A stretch of DNA of 64,000 nt, taken from a virus. Both the position numbers and the translations under genes were made by a program. The first letter of the stretch is position 1. Each line of letters starts with the position of its first letter. Location of the stretch: the IMG/VR virus record IMGVR_UViG_3300009130_000002; one strand, 5' to 3'. The notes under the pieces were generated by a model. The model did not search any database, was not told where the DNA came from, and worked only from the letters and a program-made list of their open reading frames with translations. Shown piece after piece: positions 27,701 to 37,750 of this stretch.

Positions 27701-30382
27701 AAGAACACAGCGGCTGCAGATAGCGATCACCTCACTATTTTTGAAGGTAGCAGAAGATCAAATATCCAACTAAGAGGTAACAGAACTGATGATAACGATT
27801 TAGGTTATATCGCTTGGTTCAATGGAGCTAATGGTGTTGCAAGTATGACCGCTCAAAGAGACGGTGCAGATGATGCTGGTGAGTTACACTTCTATACAAA
27901 GCCTACTGGAGGAAGCAATACCCAAAGAATGACTATTGCCTCAGACGGCAATGTAGGTATTGGAACAGATACCCCATCTCAAGCACTTGAGGTGGTAGGA
28001 ACAGTAACAGCAACAGCATTTGTTGGAGACGGCTCAGCCTTAACGGGAATCAATGCTTCCTTCAATGGAGGAACTATTACTAACGGATTAACAATTGACG
28101 ATAATTCATCTGATGGTTCAAAAGGCCTTACTGTTACAGGTGGTGGTCAAGGCAATGCAATTGCAACATTTACTAGAGATGTTGGAGCAACTGGAACAAT
28201 TGCTATTCACTCAAGTGGTGAAGATCCTGCAATTTACTTCCAAAGTTCTAACAATACTTTTGTTCTTGGAACTAATGGAAGCTCATTTGAGATTGCAGAT
28301 AATGGATCTTTAGGAACCAATACAAGATTTACCATAGACAGCTCAGGCAACATTGATGTTGGCGGATCTATAACTGCAGGTAGCTTTGTTGGTGACGGCT
28401 CAAATCTAACTAATCTTCCAGCATCCTCATGGGATGGCGGGACAATTGCTACTCCATTAACAGTTGCAAACAATAGCGAGTCTGCCCCTTATGCAAAAAT
28501 AATTCTCAAAGATACTAATACGGCAATGAACAACAATGCCTATAACGCATGGACCTCATATACTGATTCAAGTAATAATGAGGCTGGCTGGACAGGCTTT
28601 GGAGCAAGTGCAAATAAGGAATACTATATTCACAATAACCAAGGTGGAGTTCGTGTTGACGTAAAAGCAGGAAATGAATTTGCTGTTTACAGCGTAGCAA
28701 ATGCGAGTAGCTCAGTATTCACAGTAAGTGATGCTGGTGCAGTTGTTGGAGCTAGTTTTACTGGAGATGGTTCAGGACTTACTAATTTACCTTCTTCTGA
28801 ATGGGACGGAAGTCTTACTGGAAATGCAGATATTGGCGGAACTCTTGAAGTTCTTACAGGATCTGGAGCAGGTGCTCGTAAGATTAAGGTTTATGACTCT
28901 GATGGTGGTGGTTACATCACTATTGATGCTCTTAGAAATGACAACGATGCCTCAAGAGATCTGTCTTTACAGATGGCTGGAAGCAATGTTGGTATTGGAA
29001 CTTTATCTCCTTCAGAAAAATTAGAAGTTAACGGGACTGTTAAGGCAACTGCATTCTCAGGTGATGGTTCAGCTCTAACAGGAGTTAGTGCTTCATGGAA
29101 TGGTGGACAAGTAAGTAATCCGGTCATGATCAACACTTCTAGCAACCTAAATGCTCAACTTTATGTAGAGCAAACTGCAAATACGACAAATGGTGGTATT
29201 GCAATTGGACGCAATGGTGGAGTGCAGGCATTCTACATGTCTAATGTTTCAAGCCAATTAAAAATTGGAGCAGACAATGACGGTAATGGAACTATTGATG
29301 TTGATGCATTGACTATTAACTATGATGGAGAAATTACTGCAAGCAATCATCTCTTTGTGGAAGGTGATGGAAAATTCCTAAGAGTTAAGAGCAGTGACTT
29401 TGACAATGTTGCAATAGGTTCTGCAGGTGGCGGAACTCCTGATTCTGGTTGGGTTGGAGTTAAGAAAGCTGGCTCTACAATTATCAGCTTAAATGCAGAT
29501 AGTGGACTTGTTACAGCAACCACATTCGCAGGAAGTGGGGCTTCTTTAACAAATCTCCCAGCTGCTCAGTTGACAGGAACTTTACCTGCAATAGATGGTT
29601 CAAATTTAACCAATCTTCCTGCTGGTAGTAATCTTACCACTAAAGGTGACTTAGAAGTATACACTACTTCAGCAACTAGATTGGCTGTTGGAACTAATGG
29701 CCAAGTACTTACCGCAGATTCTTCTGAAGCTTCAGGAATGAAGTGGGCAGACGCAGCTGCTGGTGGTGGAGCAACTTTTACTGCTGCTACTACTGCACCA
29801 GCTGGTCCAAGCAATGGAGATACCTGGTATGACACTGATGACAATATACTTTATCAAAGAATTACTGACGGTGGTGGCACCGGAGTATGGTTAGATATCT
29901 CAAGCACCAGCGGTGGTGCAAACACATGGAGTAGAAGTGGTGACAACATCAACTATGCAGATGGCAACGTTGGTATTGGAACAGCTTCACCTTCACAAAA
30001 ATTAGAGGTAGCTGGTTCTGTCACAATAAGTGAGGATTTACACCAAAACGGTGTTTCTAGGATAACAAAAGGTGGCACAACGAATTGTAATGAAACGGTA
30101 TCATTCACCATAAGTAATACCAATGGAGGCACATTCAAAATCCGTGCTGGTTTTTTCCATTACGGAAATAGTAACTTTGGCTGTGCATATGAAGCAATTC
30201 ATTGCAACGGCGGTGGGGGAATGACTAATCTGACTCCTACAATTGACCATTCTACAGCCAATGGAGGGGCCTGGTCAGTAACAAGGGTTGATGCTAATGA
30301 TATAACAATATCTAAGAGTGCTGGTTCTTATAACGGTACTGGGAAGTATTACATTGTTGTAGAGGGAGCAGATTTAACATAA
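24737..30382 (+). CDS. Tail fibre (1881 aa) with one LamG domain and beta-helix/GNVGIG repeats
   Basis: APGALDTLNELAAAL, AANKGYVDG, repeated GNVGIGT..PS..LEV.G and FVGDGS.LT.L motifs; LamG NFTFECWI...WTHVAVVR...GYMDELQIS. Confidence 0.85.
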   Translation: MATVPFKLRQGLRAHGDNLVVTDVGVAINKDNPTVALDVDGSIKSNELQLQSNFLIASASTQVGTSLETVDSFPKDDFHAVKYVIGVDTNDGTERQIAEVLLVVDSDNDDAYISTYGVLYSGASAIATFTSDVNAGNARLLATCTSANCTVKVQKIATYTGTGSAASPSEITFNLTDLNGVTVSNAQANQVLQYVGGEWTNQTLNVSSTFAGLTDGPGALNANQWIKVNTAGNALEYTAAPAAAGHNHDADYVSATASVLAHTSNIDFNVNSTKLGAFKSHQYTGADIVSGGVTVIQQNQTFTGLMPGAHHTHSLGAVDNSWDYVFAREMYITSGNSLYIDGKKFLQSDAETINISADTDQNITIQTSGDGNVELDPVGAGSINMKGNIVMTAAKTISSASGNITFNSPIDMDSRKIVNVTTPTAAGDAANKGYVDGEITALIGGAPGALDTLNELAAALDDDASYATTITNALAGKSDTNHTHTLASLSDTSIGTPNNGQVLTYDTTSGSWEPAEPQTGTMGGAMTAHIIPDTNAAYDLGNAEYKIRHLFLSDNSLWVGDQHKISISSGNMKFRKRKMTTPEAVISAGGNEAAALAHGGVASVNDMTIAKWFAYYKTLDGQSGARINDIFRDNAADWDKDDEAGSVASSNLTDLKDVASAGAEDGQVLKWSGSSSAWVAGNSGGTAKVDSDTELYVSPLSTDSVIADKSGNGMTVGSSGSPAISSAQTHFPNTNPVYFDGTDDNLTFTTEASLHSSNFTFECWIYTDLSQGGRLYSVGNDHSPGYRTWISFDTAGVVYAAGYTHPNGGGIKTSAGALTANTWTHVAVVRNSGSDYIYINGTGHNTAYDFGYGAGGSIMTQPSDTGYRLIGCGQSGHTGAKNSFFKGYMDELQISKIVRYTANFTAPTYRGDATSTFVPSTLNDLSGVSTTGVTSGQVLKYNGSSWAAADDAAGSAAVFSTNGTNAYYNAGTVSFGSTTADHSSNFYSKNTAAADSDHLTIFEGSRRSNIQLRGNRTDDNDLGYIAWFNGANGVASMTAQRDGADDAGELHFYTKPTGGSNTQRMTIASDGNVGIGTDTPSQALEVVGTVTATAFVGDGSALTGINASFNGGTITNGLTIDDNSSDGSKGLTVTGGGQGNAIATFTRDVGATGTIAIHSSGEDPAIYFQSSNNTFVLGTNGSSFEIADNGSLGTNTRFTIDSSGNIDVGGSITAGSFVGDGSNLTNLPASSWDGGTIATPLTVANNSESAPYAKIILKDTNTAMNNNAYNAWTSYTDSSNNEAGWTGFGASANKEYYIHNNQGGVRVDVKAGNEFAVYSVANASSSVFTVSDAGAVVGASFTGDGSGLTNLPSSEWDGSLTGNADIGGTLEVLTGSGAGARKIKVYDSDGGGYITIDALRNDNDASRDLSLQMAGSNVGIGTLSPSEKLEVNGTVKATAFSGDGSALTGVSASWNGGQVSNPVMINTSSNLNAQLYVEQTANTTNGGIAIGRNGGVQAFYMSNVSSQLKIGADNDGNGTIDVDALTINYDGEITASNHLFVEGDGKFLRVKSSDFDNVAIGSAGGGTPDSGWVGVKKAGSTIISLNADSGLVTATTFAGSGASLTNLPAAQLTGTLPAIDGSNLTNLPAGSNLTTKGDLEVYTTSATRLAVGTNGQVLTADSSEASGMKWADAAAGGGATFTAATTAPAGPSNGDTWYDTDDNILYQRITDGGGTGVWLDISSTSGGANTWSRSGDNINYADGNVGIGTASPSQKLEVAGSVTISEDLHQNGVSRITKGGTTNCNETVSFTISNTNGGTFKIRAGFFHYGNSNFGCAYEAIHCNGGGGMTNLTPTIDHSTANGGAWSVTRVDANDITISKSAGSYNGTGKYYIVVEGADLT

Positions 30383-30454
30383 TTGCTAAATTAGAAAAAG
30401 CTTTAAAAAATAAATAGGAATAACTTGAGACATTAACCGGAGGTACTTGATAAA

Positions 30455-33400
30455 ATGGCAAATTTTCCAACCAATCCTAGTATTGGAGACTTATTTGAAA
30501 CAAAACATGACACTTTTAAGTGGAACGGGAGCGGATGGGAAGCTCTCGGGAGAATTCTTACCCATAGACAAAAATCAGGAACTCCGTATTCCTCGCTCTC
30601 CATTAAGGAGAGCGGGGGTGTCTTGGACACTGACGATACAAGTACTGTTCTTCTTATAGGAGAGCAGATAACAGAAGGACAAGTTAGGGCAGCTCATTTA
30701 AGTGATGCAAACACAGTCTTTTTATCTGGAGAAACAGCAGCAACTGGAATCTCTGAATTTTCAAATGATGGAAATACTCTTTTTCTTTCAGGAGAAGGTG
30801 CTACTGCAGGACTAGAAGCACACACAGCAGATGTGGCAACAACAGCACTTGTAACCGGAGAAAGAGACGCATCTAATTATAAAATGAGATGTAGTCTTAG
30901 CAATGATATGGTAATGAGGGAAGGCTATCGCTTTGAGCATGAAGATTGGATCAGCACTCCATCGAGCAGTGATTTTGCATTTGGAACTGGAGATTTTACA
31001 GTTGAGTTTTGGGCTTACAATGAAGACGTAAGTAATAGCACCCAAAAAGGATTAATGCAGATTTCAGATACCGCAGGAGGCATTAAAACTTCCTATGATA
31101 CAGGGTTTATTTTAAATCTTGGAGGTGGCATAGGGGACGGTGTGCTTAGGTTGCATGATGGAACTCAAACAGTTGCAACAGGTATTGGCATTATGAAAGA
31201 AAATACCTGGCAACATGTTGCAGTAAGTAGAACTAGTGGAACAGCAAAAATATTTATTGACGGGAAAGAAGAAGCTTCAGGCTCTTTCACAGCAGACGTG
31301 GTTGGAACAAATCTTGGTATAGGCATGTATTATGGGTATAACCAAGGAGGTTATGACTACGGGATAATTGGCTATATGAAAGATATTAGAATATCTAAAG
31401 GCATAGGAAGATACACTGCAGATTTCACAACAGAGATTACGACAAAAGATAGCAACCATAAGTTAATTCTTGAGGGCAAGGATGATATTTCTGATTCAGG
31501 GCACACGGTAACCTTTCATAACAGTGCCCATCAAGTATCTAAAACAGGAAACAAATCTTGGCACAAATTCGGATCACCTTTAGGCTACATAAGATCATAT
31601 GATAGTATCTCTCTTGATGGAGACTTTACAATCGAATGGTGGTACCTATCGAAAGAAACTGGAACACAGCACATGTTTACTATCGGAGATAGTCAGCAAA
31701 GCTCTGGACTAGAATTCTATCAGGGTGGTGACGGCCAAAAACTATACACAAACAGTGGATATATATGGACCAATGGTGGATATGTATCTACGAATACCTG
31801 GTATCATTTTGCTGTAGTAAGAAGCAGTGGAGTAGTAAAAGTCTACAGAGACGGAACTCAAATTGGTTCTGACTGGAGTACTAATACTACATTTTCAGGT
31901 CGAATCGGAGTAGGTGTGGAATGGTACGGAAACCAAGCCTATACAAATGCGAAAGAAGCCTATTATGATGACTTCACTATACATAGAAGCGCAAAATACA
32001 CTAGTGCTTTTACCCCTTCAACCACAGCAGCTCCAATAGATGGACTCAATACACTATTTAAAGCGACAACTGATTATGACACATCAGATAGAATGCAAGA
32101 TATCATTGGGTTTCACGGAAACGCAACAACTATTGAAAAGGGCTACTATTATACAGGAAACAATAGTTCAAATAATATATTGGTTGGCAATGCAGGAACT
32201 GATTTTAATTTTGGCTCAGATAAGTTTACTATAGAATTTTCTGTTAAATTTGATGATGTAAGTCAATACATGGGAATTCTAAAAATTAAGCACCCTTCAG
32301 AGAGTAGAAAATATCTAATTATAGATGCACCAGGACCAAACGCTAATGAAGGTTTAAGACTCTATGTAAATGATGGCAGTGGAAGTAACAATAGTTGGAA
32401 AACCTATTGGGTTGCAGAACCAAATTTTGAAAACGACAAGTGGTATCATATCGCTATAGTAAGAGATGGAACTGGTTCAGGTGATTGGTATTTCTTTATC
32501 AATGGAAAAGAGGAATCAAAATGGAAGCATCCAACTGTTGCTCCAGGGGATCACTATGCGCTAGCTATCCCAGATCTCACTGATGGGATCGAAATTGGGG
32601 GCAATTCAGACAACTACATGATGGTCGGCAACATTACAGACATCAGAGTTTCTAAAGGTGTAGCTAGATACACTAGCAACTATAGTGCACCAGTAACAGC
32701 AATTGATTCAGATCATAAACTCGTATTAAGTGGTGGAGCAGAAGACGAATCGGATTCCGCTCACACAATAACTTTTAATGGAACTTCAGATGTAGCAACA
32801 AAGCGTGGAGATCGTTCTCTATATTTTGATGGGACCGGAGACTACGTTACTATCCCAAGTAGTTCAGATTTTGCACTAGGAACCGGAGATTTTACAATAG
32901 AATGCTGGCTGAAATATGAAACTGCAGATACTTTCCCATATGTATTTGATTTTAGAGATGCAGGAGCACAAGGAGTATTCCCTACTTGCTATCTAAGAAG
33001 CGACGATGGTTACAAACCAGTATATTATGTTGATAGCGCACAAAGAATCACATCTTCTGTGAGTTTAACCATCGATACTTGGTATCATCTTGCAATTTCA
33101 AGAGTTAGCGGAACAACAACCATGTATTTGGATGGAGTAGATGTGGGTTCTTTTTCTGATTCTTATGATTATCAAGCAAGCCCTATAAGATTAGGGGCAT
33201 ATAGCAATGGTGATTATGAGTTAACAGGCTACATTAATGATTTTAGAGTTTCTAAAGGCACAGCTAGATATACTAGTGCTTTTGATCTTGAATCTGGAAC
33301 TGGTCTTTTGGATAAAAGTTCAAATTCTCACAGCATAACTCTGTCAGGGAATGCAGCATTAAGTACAGCAGAAAAGAAATTTGGAACACATTCCTTATAT

Positions 33401-36400
33401 TTTGCAGCAGACAATGATTACGTAGCCATCACAGATCATTCTGATCTCCAATTTGGAGCAGATGGAGACTTTACAGTTGAATGCTGGTTTAAAGTTCCTA
33501 ATATCACAGCCTATGCGCAGTATCTATGGATTAAACATGATAGTGGAGCATTCGCCAAATTTGGTATGCAAATACAAATTGATGGAACCTTAAGACTCCT
33601 TGCAGCTAACTCTAGCGACAATGCTTACTTAGCGCTTGCTGCAACTTCTGGTCATGCAGCTCTTGATGACAATGAATGGCATCACTGTGCTTTAACTAGA
33701 TCTAGCGGAACAACTAAAATCTGGGTAGACGGCACAGAAAGAATGTCAACTACAGATGCGTATAATCCTAGTTTTGCAGGGCACAACTTCAATATTGGAG
33801 GAACTCCTCTTAATGTATACACAGGCTTAATCAATGGTTATGTTGATGATTTTAGAATTTCAGATACGGCAAGATACACTAGTAACTTCTATCTTGATGC
33901 AGTAACTTATCCTAGTGATCAAAGTTCAAATTCCCATAGTGTAACTCTGTCAGGAAATGCAGCTTTAAGTACAGCTCAAAAGAAATTTGGAACATATTCT
34001 TTATCATTTGATGGCAATGGAGACTATGTCTCTATTGCTGATTCAGATGACTTCCAATTAACAGGTGATTTTACAATTGAAACTTGGGTACGCTTTAATG
34101 CAATTCAAGATTCCTGGTTTGCATGTCAAGCTGTAAACGACAACAATGCATGGGCCTTTGGTTATATGAATTCTGGAAATGGTTTAACATTTAAACATGC
34201 AGAAGGAAGCTGGGGAAGCCCAACAATCCTGGTAGAAGGAGCATGGACCCCATCTACAGGACAATGGTATCATGTTGCAGTTACAAGAAGCGGAAATGAT
34301 TTCAAGTTATTTGTCGATGGCACGCAGGTAGGTAGCACAGTTACAGACACCACTGCTTTTGCAAACTTTGGAGCCCCTGTAGTCTTAGGAGTCTGGGGGA
34401 CAGGTAGTTATTCAGGAAGTCCACTTAATGGATACCTTGATGACTTCCGTATTTCTAGCAGTGCAAGATATACTTCTGCATTTCTAATAGAGGATACAAA
34501 GACACCTCTAGATAAGAAAGGGAATCACACCTTAACTCTTAATGGAGATGCATTGATTACTTCTTCAGGTTCTACAGGTTCTAATGAAAATACCAAGTTT
34601 GGTACAGGAGCTATATATTTTGATGGAAGTGGAGATTATATTTCTACAAGCTCCATGACACTTGATGGGGATTTTACAGTTGAAGCATGGATTAAACCAA
34701 CAACAGCGAACCTGTGTAAGCTAATGACTATTGGAGATATTAAGCAAACTAGTGGTTTTGAACTTTTTAGAGGCGGTGGAACTCCAAGTCTTCGAGTCGA
34801 TACCGGTAACGGGACTGTAAATTCACTGCTCATTCAGGGCTCTGAAGATGTGACTGTAAACTCATGGCAACATGTTGCAGTTGTAAGAAGTGGCTCAACT
34901 TTGACTTTATATAAAGATGGGGTTTCAATTGGATCTACAACTAATTCTGCTACCTTCAGTGGAACACTAATTATTGGAGGAGAATGGTTTGATGGAGCAC
35001 TCAACGGATCAATGACTGGTTATATGGATGAATTCCGTATCTCAACAAGTGCTCGTTATACAGCAAACTTTACTCCTCAATCAGTAGAACATGATTTGAT
35101 TGATGTTAAAGGTTGGGGTAGCCCAGTTCTTGGAAGCGGAGAAAGAGCACTCTTTGTAAATAAGAATGGTCTTGTAATGAAATCTTCTGATGGAACACTT
35201 ACCAAATTAGATACAACCTCTATAGCTGGAAGGAAACTAAAAGAAGGTGACGAACCTGCTGCAACCGCAGATACAAGTACATTATTATTGCTACACTTTG
35301 AAGGAGATAATAACTCTCAAACGTTTGTAGATTCTTCTAACTATGGACATACTGTAGAAGCAAGAATTGAAAATGGAACCGCAACTGATGTTAAGATGGT
35401 AACCAGCAATAAGAAAATTGGTACCTCTTCTGCATATTTTGATGGAAACTCAGAAGTCTTAAGAGTTGCAGGAAATTCTGCCTTTCAATTAGGAACTGGA
35501 GATTTCACAATAGAAACATGGTATAAGCAGCCAAATGATGGCGGTGAAGATTATGTGTTCGTACTTGGAAGCACGGGAGACTGGGTTATCTTAGCCTCAT
35601 ATATTTCCGGAGGAAATGTATTTTGGGGATATCTCAATGGTTCATCATGGGTTGATACGGTGACCACCTCTGGACAAACTGTCACAGACAATGAATGGCA
35701 TCATATTGCATATGTTAGAGCGTCAGGAACAATGACAATCTATATCGATGGAATTGCTCGTGGAAGTGTGGCTTCTACACATAACTTAACAACAATAATG
35801 GGTTCTGAACCTTTATGGATTGGTGGTTATTATGGAGGAGGAAATCAAGGTCCAAATGTTTACATGGATGAATTTAGATTTTCAGATACTGCTAGATATA
35901 CTGGAGCTTTTACACCCTCAACAACTGCCTTCAAAGTGGCAGGGAAGCCAGCATTATATGTAGCTGCAGGAGAGGACAGTAATACAAAAGCAGCCCTGAT
36001 AGGAGACTCTTTAACTTGTCTTACTGGAAAAACTCTTGCAGATACAGATGCTACGGTTGATACATCAGAAAAGCATTTTGGAGACAGCAGCTTAAAGTGG
36101 CAAAGTTCACAGACCAACTTCTTAAAGTATGATGATCATGATGATTTTCATATTGGAACTGGCGACTTTACAATCGAGGCTTGGATCAAGCCTACATTTG
36201 GAGTTGTTGAACCAATTTCATTCATGTTTGATGGAACCACTAACAATAGATTCGCATTCTATGGGCAGGGAGGAAAGCTAATCTTCTTCTACGTTGAAGG
36301 GGGTTCTTCACAAATTGAATTTAATGCAGGAGCAAGCAGCTTTACCAATAACACTTGGCAGCATGTAGCTATTGTTAGAAGTTCAGGAGACTGGTCAATT

Positions 36401-36661
36401 TATGTTGATGGAGTAGCTAAATCACTAACCTTTTCAAACGGAAGTCAAGGTGATGCTCCAAACATTCAGAACTTTGATCGAGGAATGTACATTGGCTATC
36501 AATATTCAGGAAGTCACTGGTATCTTGATGCAAATATTCAGAACTGGAGATTTAGTAAAACCGCTAGGTATACTTCAAACTTTACACCTTCCACAGAGTC
36601 CTTTGACTCAGGTGGATTAATTTATAGAGACCCCAGTGGTGTCAAAACAAAAATTAGCTAA
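30455..36661 (+). CDS. Multi-LamG adhesin/fibre (2068 aa, nine LamG/ConA-like modules)
   Basis: Nine copies of (G)DFT[IV]E.W...W.H.A..R.SG....Y.DG...GY..D.R.S...ARYT..F. Confidence 0.88.
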   Translation: MANFPTNPSIGDLFETKHDTFKWNGSGWEALGRILTHRQKSGTPYSSLSIKESGGVLDTDDTSTVLLIGEQITEGQVRAAHLSDANTVFLSGETAATGISEFSNDGNTLFLSGEGATAGLEAHTADVATTALVTGERDASNYKMRCSLSNDMVMREGYRFEHEDWISTPSSSDFAFGTGDFTVEFWAYNEDVSNSTQKGLMQISDTAGGIKTSYDTGFILNLGGGIGDGVLRLHDGTQTVATGIGIMKENTWQHVAVSRTSGTAKIFIDGKEEASGSFTADVVGTNLGIGMYYGYNQGGYDYGIIGYMKDIRISKGIGRYTADFTTEITTKDSNHKLILEGKDDISDSGHTVTFHNSAHQVSKTGNKSWHKFGSPLGYIRSYDSISLDGDFTIEWWYLSKETGTQHMFTIGDSQQSSGLEFYQGGDGQKLYTNSGYIWTNGGYVSTNTWYHFAVVRSSGVVKVYRDGTQIGSDWSTNTTFSGRIGVGVEWYGNQAYTNAKEAYYDDFTIHRSAKYTSAFTPSTTAAPIDGLNTLFKATTDYDTSDRMQDIIGFHGNATTIEKGYYYTGNNSSNNILVGNAGTDFNFGSDKFTIEFSVKFDDVSQYMGILKIKHPSESRKYLIIDAPGPNANEGLRLYVNDGSGSNNSWKTYWVAEPNFENDKWYHIAIVRDGTGSGDWYFFINGKEESKWKHPTVAPGDHYALAIPDLTDGIEIGGNSDNYMMVGNITDIRVSKGVARYTSNYSAPVTAIDSDHKLVLSGGAEDESDSAHTITFNGTSDVATKRGDRSLYFDGTGDYVTIPSSSDFALGTGDFTIECWLKYETADTFPYVFDFRDAGAQGVFPTCYLRSDDGYKPVYYVDSAQRITSSVSLTIDTWYHLAISRVSGTTTMYLDGVDVGSFSDSYDYQASPIRLGAYSNGDYELTGYINDFRVSKGTARYTSAFDLESGTGLLDKSSNSHSITLSGNAALSTAEKKFGTHSLYFAADNDYVAITDHSDLQFGADGDFTVECWFKVPNITAYAQYLWIKHDSGAFAKFGMQIQIDGTLRLLAANSSDNAYLALAATSGHAALDDNEWHHCALTRSSGTTKIWVDGTERMSTTDAYNPSFAGHNFNIGGTPLNVYTGLINGYVDDFRISDTARYTSNFYLDAVTYPSDQSSNSHSVTLSGNAALSTAQKKFGTYSLSFDGNGDYVSIADSDDFQLTGDFTIETWVRFNAIQDSWFACQAVNDNNAWAFGYMNSGNGLTFKHAEGSWGSPTILVEGAWTPSTGQWYHVAVTRSGNDFKLFVDGTQVGSTVTDTTAFANFGAPVVLGVWGTGSYSGSPLNGYLDDFRISSSARYTSAFLIEDTKTPLDKKGNHTLTLNGDALITSSGSTGSNENTKFGTGAIYFDGSGDYISTSSMTLDGDFTVEAWIKPTTANLCKLMTIGDIKQTSGFELFRGGGTPSLRVDTGNGTVNSLLIQGSEDVTVNSWQHVAVVRSGSTLTLYKDGVSIGSTTNSATFSGTLIIGGEWFDGALNGSMTGYMDEFRISTSARYTANFTPQSVEHDLIDVKGWGSPVLGSGERALFVNKNGLVMKSSDGTLTKLDTTSIAGRKLKEGDEPAATADTSTLLLLHFEGDNNSQTFVDSSNYGHTVEARIENGTATDVKMVTSNKKIGTSSAYFDGNSEVLRVAGNSAFQLGTGDFTIETWYKQPNDGGEDYVFVLGSTGDWVILASYISGGNVFWGYLNGSSWVDTVTTSGQTVTDNEWHHIAYVRASGTMTIYIDGIARGSVASTHNLTTIMGSEPLWIGGYYGGGNQGPNVYMDEFRFSDTARYTGAFTPSTTAFKVAGKPALYVAAGEDSNTKAALIGDSLTCLTGKTLADTDATVDTSEKHFGDSSLKWQSSQTNFLKYDDHDDFHIGTGDFTIEAWIKPTFGVVEPISFMFDGTTNNRFAFYGQGGKLIFFYVEGGSSQIEFNAGASSFTNNTWQHVAIVRSSGDWSIYVDGVAKSLTFSNGSQGDAPNIQNFDRGMYIGYQYSGSHWYLDANIQNWRFSKTARYTSNFTPSTESFDSGGLIYRDPSGVKTKIS
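33311..33999 (+). repeat. 83-nt direct repeat pair (33311-33393 and 33917-33999), 10 mismatches
   Basis: gataaaagttcaaattctcacagc... versus gatcaaagttcaaattcccatagt..., encoding SSNSHS[IV]TLSGNAALSTA[EQ]KKFGT. Confidence 0.85.
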
Positions 36662-36679
36662 TTAGGAGGACAAATTAGA

Positions 36680-37750
36680 ATGGCAAATTTTCCAACATCA
36701 CCCGCAGTAGGTGAACAATTTTCAACAAGCAAGGTAACCTACAGATGGAATGGGTCTGCTTGGGACATCGTAGAGGGTGTCAAACAAGGGACAATACAAG
36801 ATAACGGCAGCCCAGTAGGAAGCTTGCAGTTTACAGAAGGTAACGAGCCTGATACTGTAGCAAATTCTTCAAGCATTTATGCCACCTCTAGTGGTATGTT
36901 TGTTAAGAATTCTTCAGGAACAGTGTCCCCACTAATAGCTGGTGCAAGTGCAACTACTACGAGTGTAGAGCTTCCAACTATAACTTCAGCTCCAAGTGGA
37001 ATTGATTCAACAGGACAAATGGTTCACTGGGATAGAAGTGGAGAAAGTACACCCGATGGAAACGTAAAACTATTGCTCACAGGAGATACATCTACTGACG
37101 GCTCTCAGTCTAGTCACAGTATTAGCTATAATGGCAGCACAACAACAAGTACTGAACAAGCTAAATATGGCTCTAAATCTATAAAATTTAGTGGAAGCAC
37201 AGTTTCAATAGCAGATTCCGAAGATTGGAATTTTGGTTCAGGAGACTGGACAGCTGAATGTTGGGTTTATCTGAACGGTACTGGAGGACAAGGGATAATT
37301 AACCAATCTAATCCAGGTGCTAGCTCTAATTCCTCTATGATTATTTGGCTTGATGGAACTGTTGGTATCTATGTTAGCTCTGGAGCTGGTTGGACATACA
37401 ACAATATAAATTCAAATAGTCTTAGTAGTGGTCAATGGATTCATCTTGCAGCTGTTAGATATGGCACATCACTAAAGATGTATGTCAATGGAACGGCAAC
37501 TTCAGATACGACTCTTCCAAGCAACTGGTCTTTAGGTAATTCTTCTTTAGCATTTGAATTAGGAGCACAGGCTGGAGGATCACCTCTCAGCGGATACATG
37601 GATGATGTCCGTATCACAAAAGCAGCACAATATACAGGAAACTTCACCCCTCCAACAGCGCAGCTAACTGCAAGCACAGCTGGAGGAACAAGTGGACTTT
37701 ATTACGTAGCTCCTGACGGAACAGCAACCTTAATTAAGGAAGATTCATAA
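36680..37750 (+). CDS. Single-LamG fibre/adhesin (356 aa), paralogue of 30455-36661
   Basis: Shared N-terminus MANFPT.P..G..F....T..WNGS.W; LamG GDWTAECWVY...WIHLAAVR...GYMDDVRIT. Confidence 0.85.
   Translation: MANFPTSPAVGEQFSTSKVTYRWNGSAWDIVEGVKQGTIQDNGSPVGSLQFTEGNEPDTVANSSSIYATSSGMFVKNSSGTVSPLIAGASATTTSVELPTITSAPSGIDSTGQMVHWDRSGESTPDGNVKLLLTGDTSTDGSQSSHSISYNGSTTTSTEQAKYGSKSIKFSGSTVSIADSEDWNFGSGDWTAECWVYLNGTGGQGIINQSNPGASSNSSMIIWLDGTVGIYVSSGAGWTYNNINSNSLSSGQWIHLAAVRYGTSLKMYVNGTATSDTTLPSNWSLGNSSLAFELGAQAGGSPLSGYMDDVRITKAAQYTGNFTPPTAQLTASTAGGTSGLYYVAPDGTATLIKEDS

Noticed and set aside
33311-33999. DGR template/variable repeat pair in the adhesin
   Set aside because: The 10 mismatches are not adenine-specific in either direction, are mostly synonymous, both copies lie in-frame mid-gene, and no reverse transcriptase is present in the window.
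630-36117. Numerous 60-130 aa antisense or alternate-frame ORFs inside the fibre genes
   Set aside because: Fully nested within long coding ORFs; explained by codon bias and repeats; no SD or motifs.
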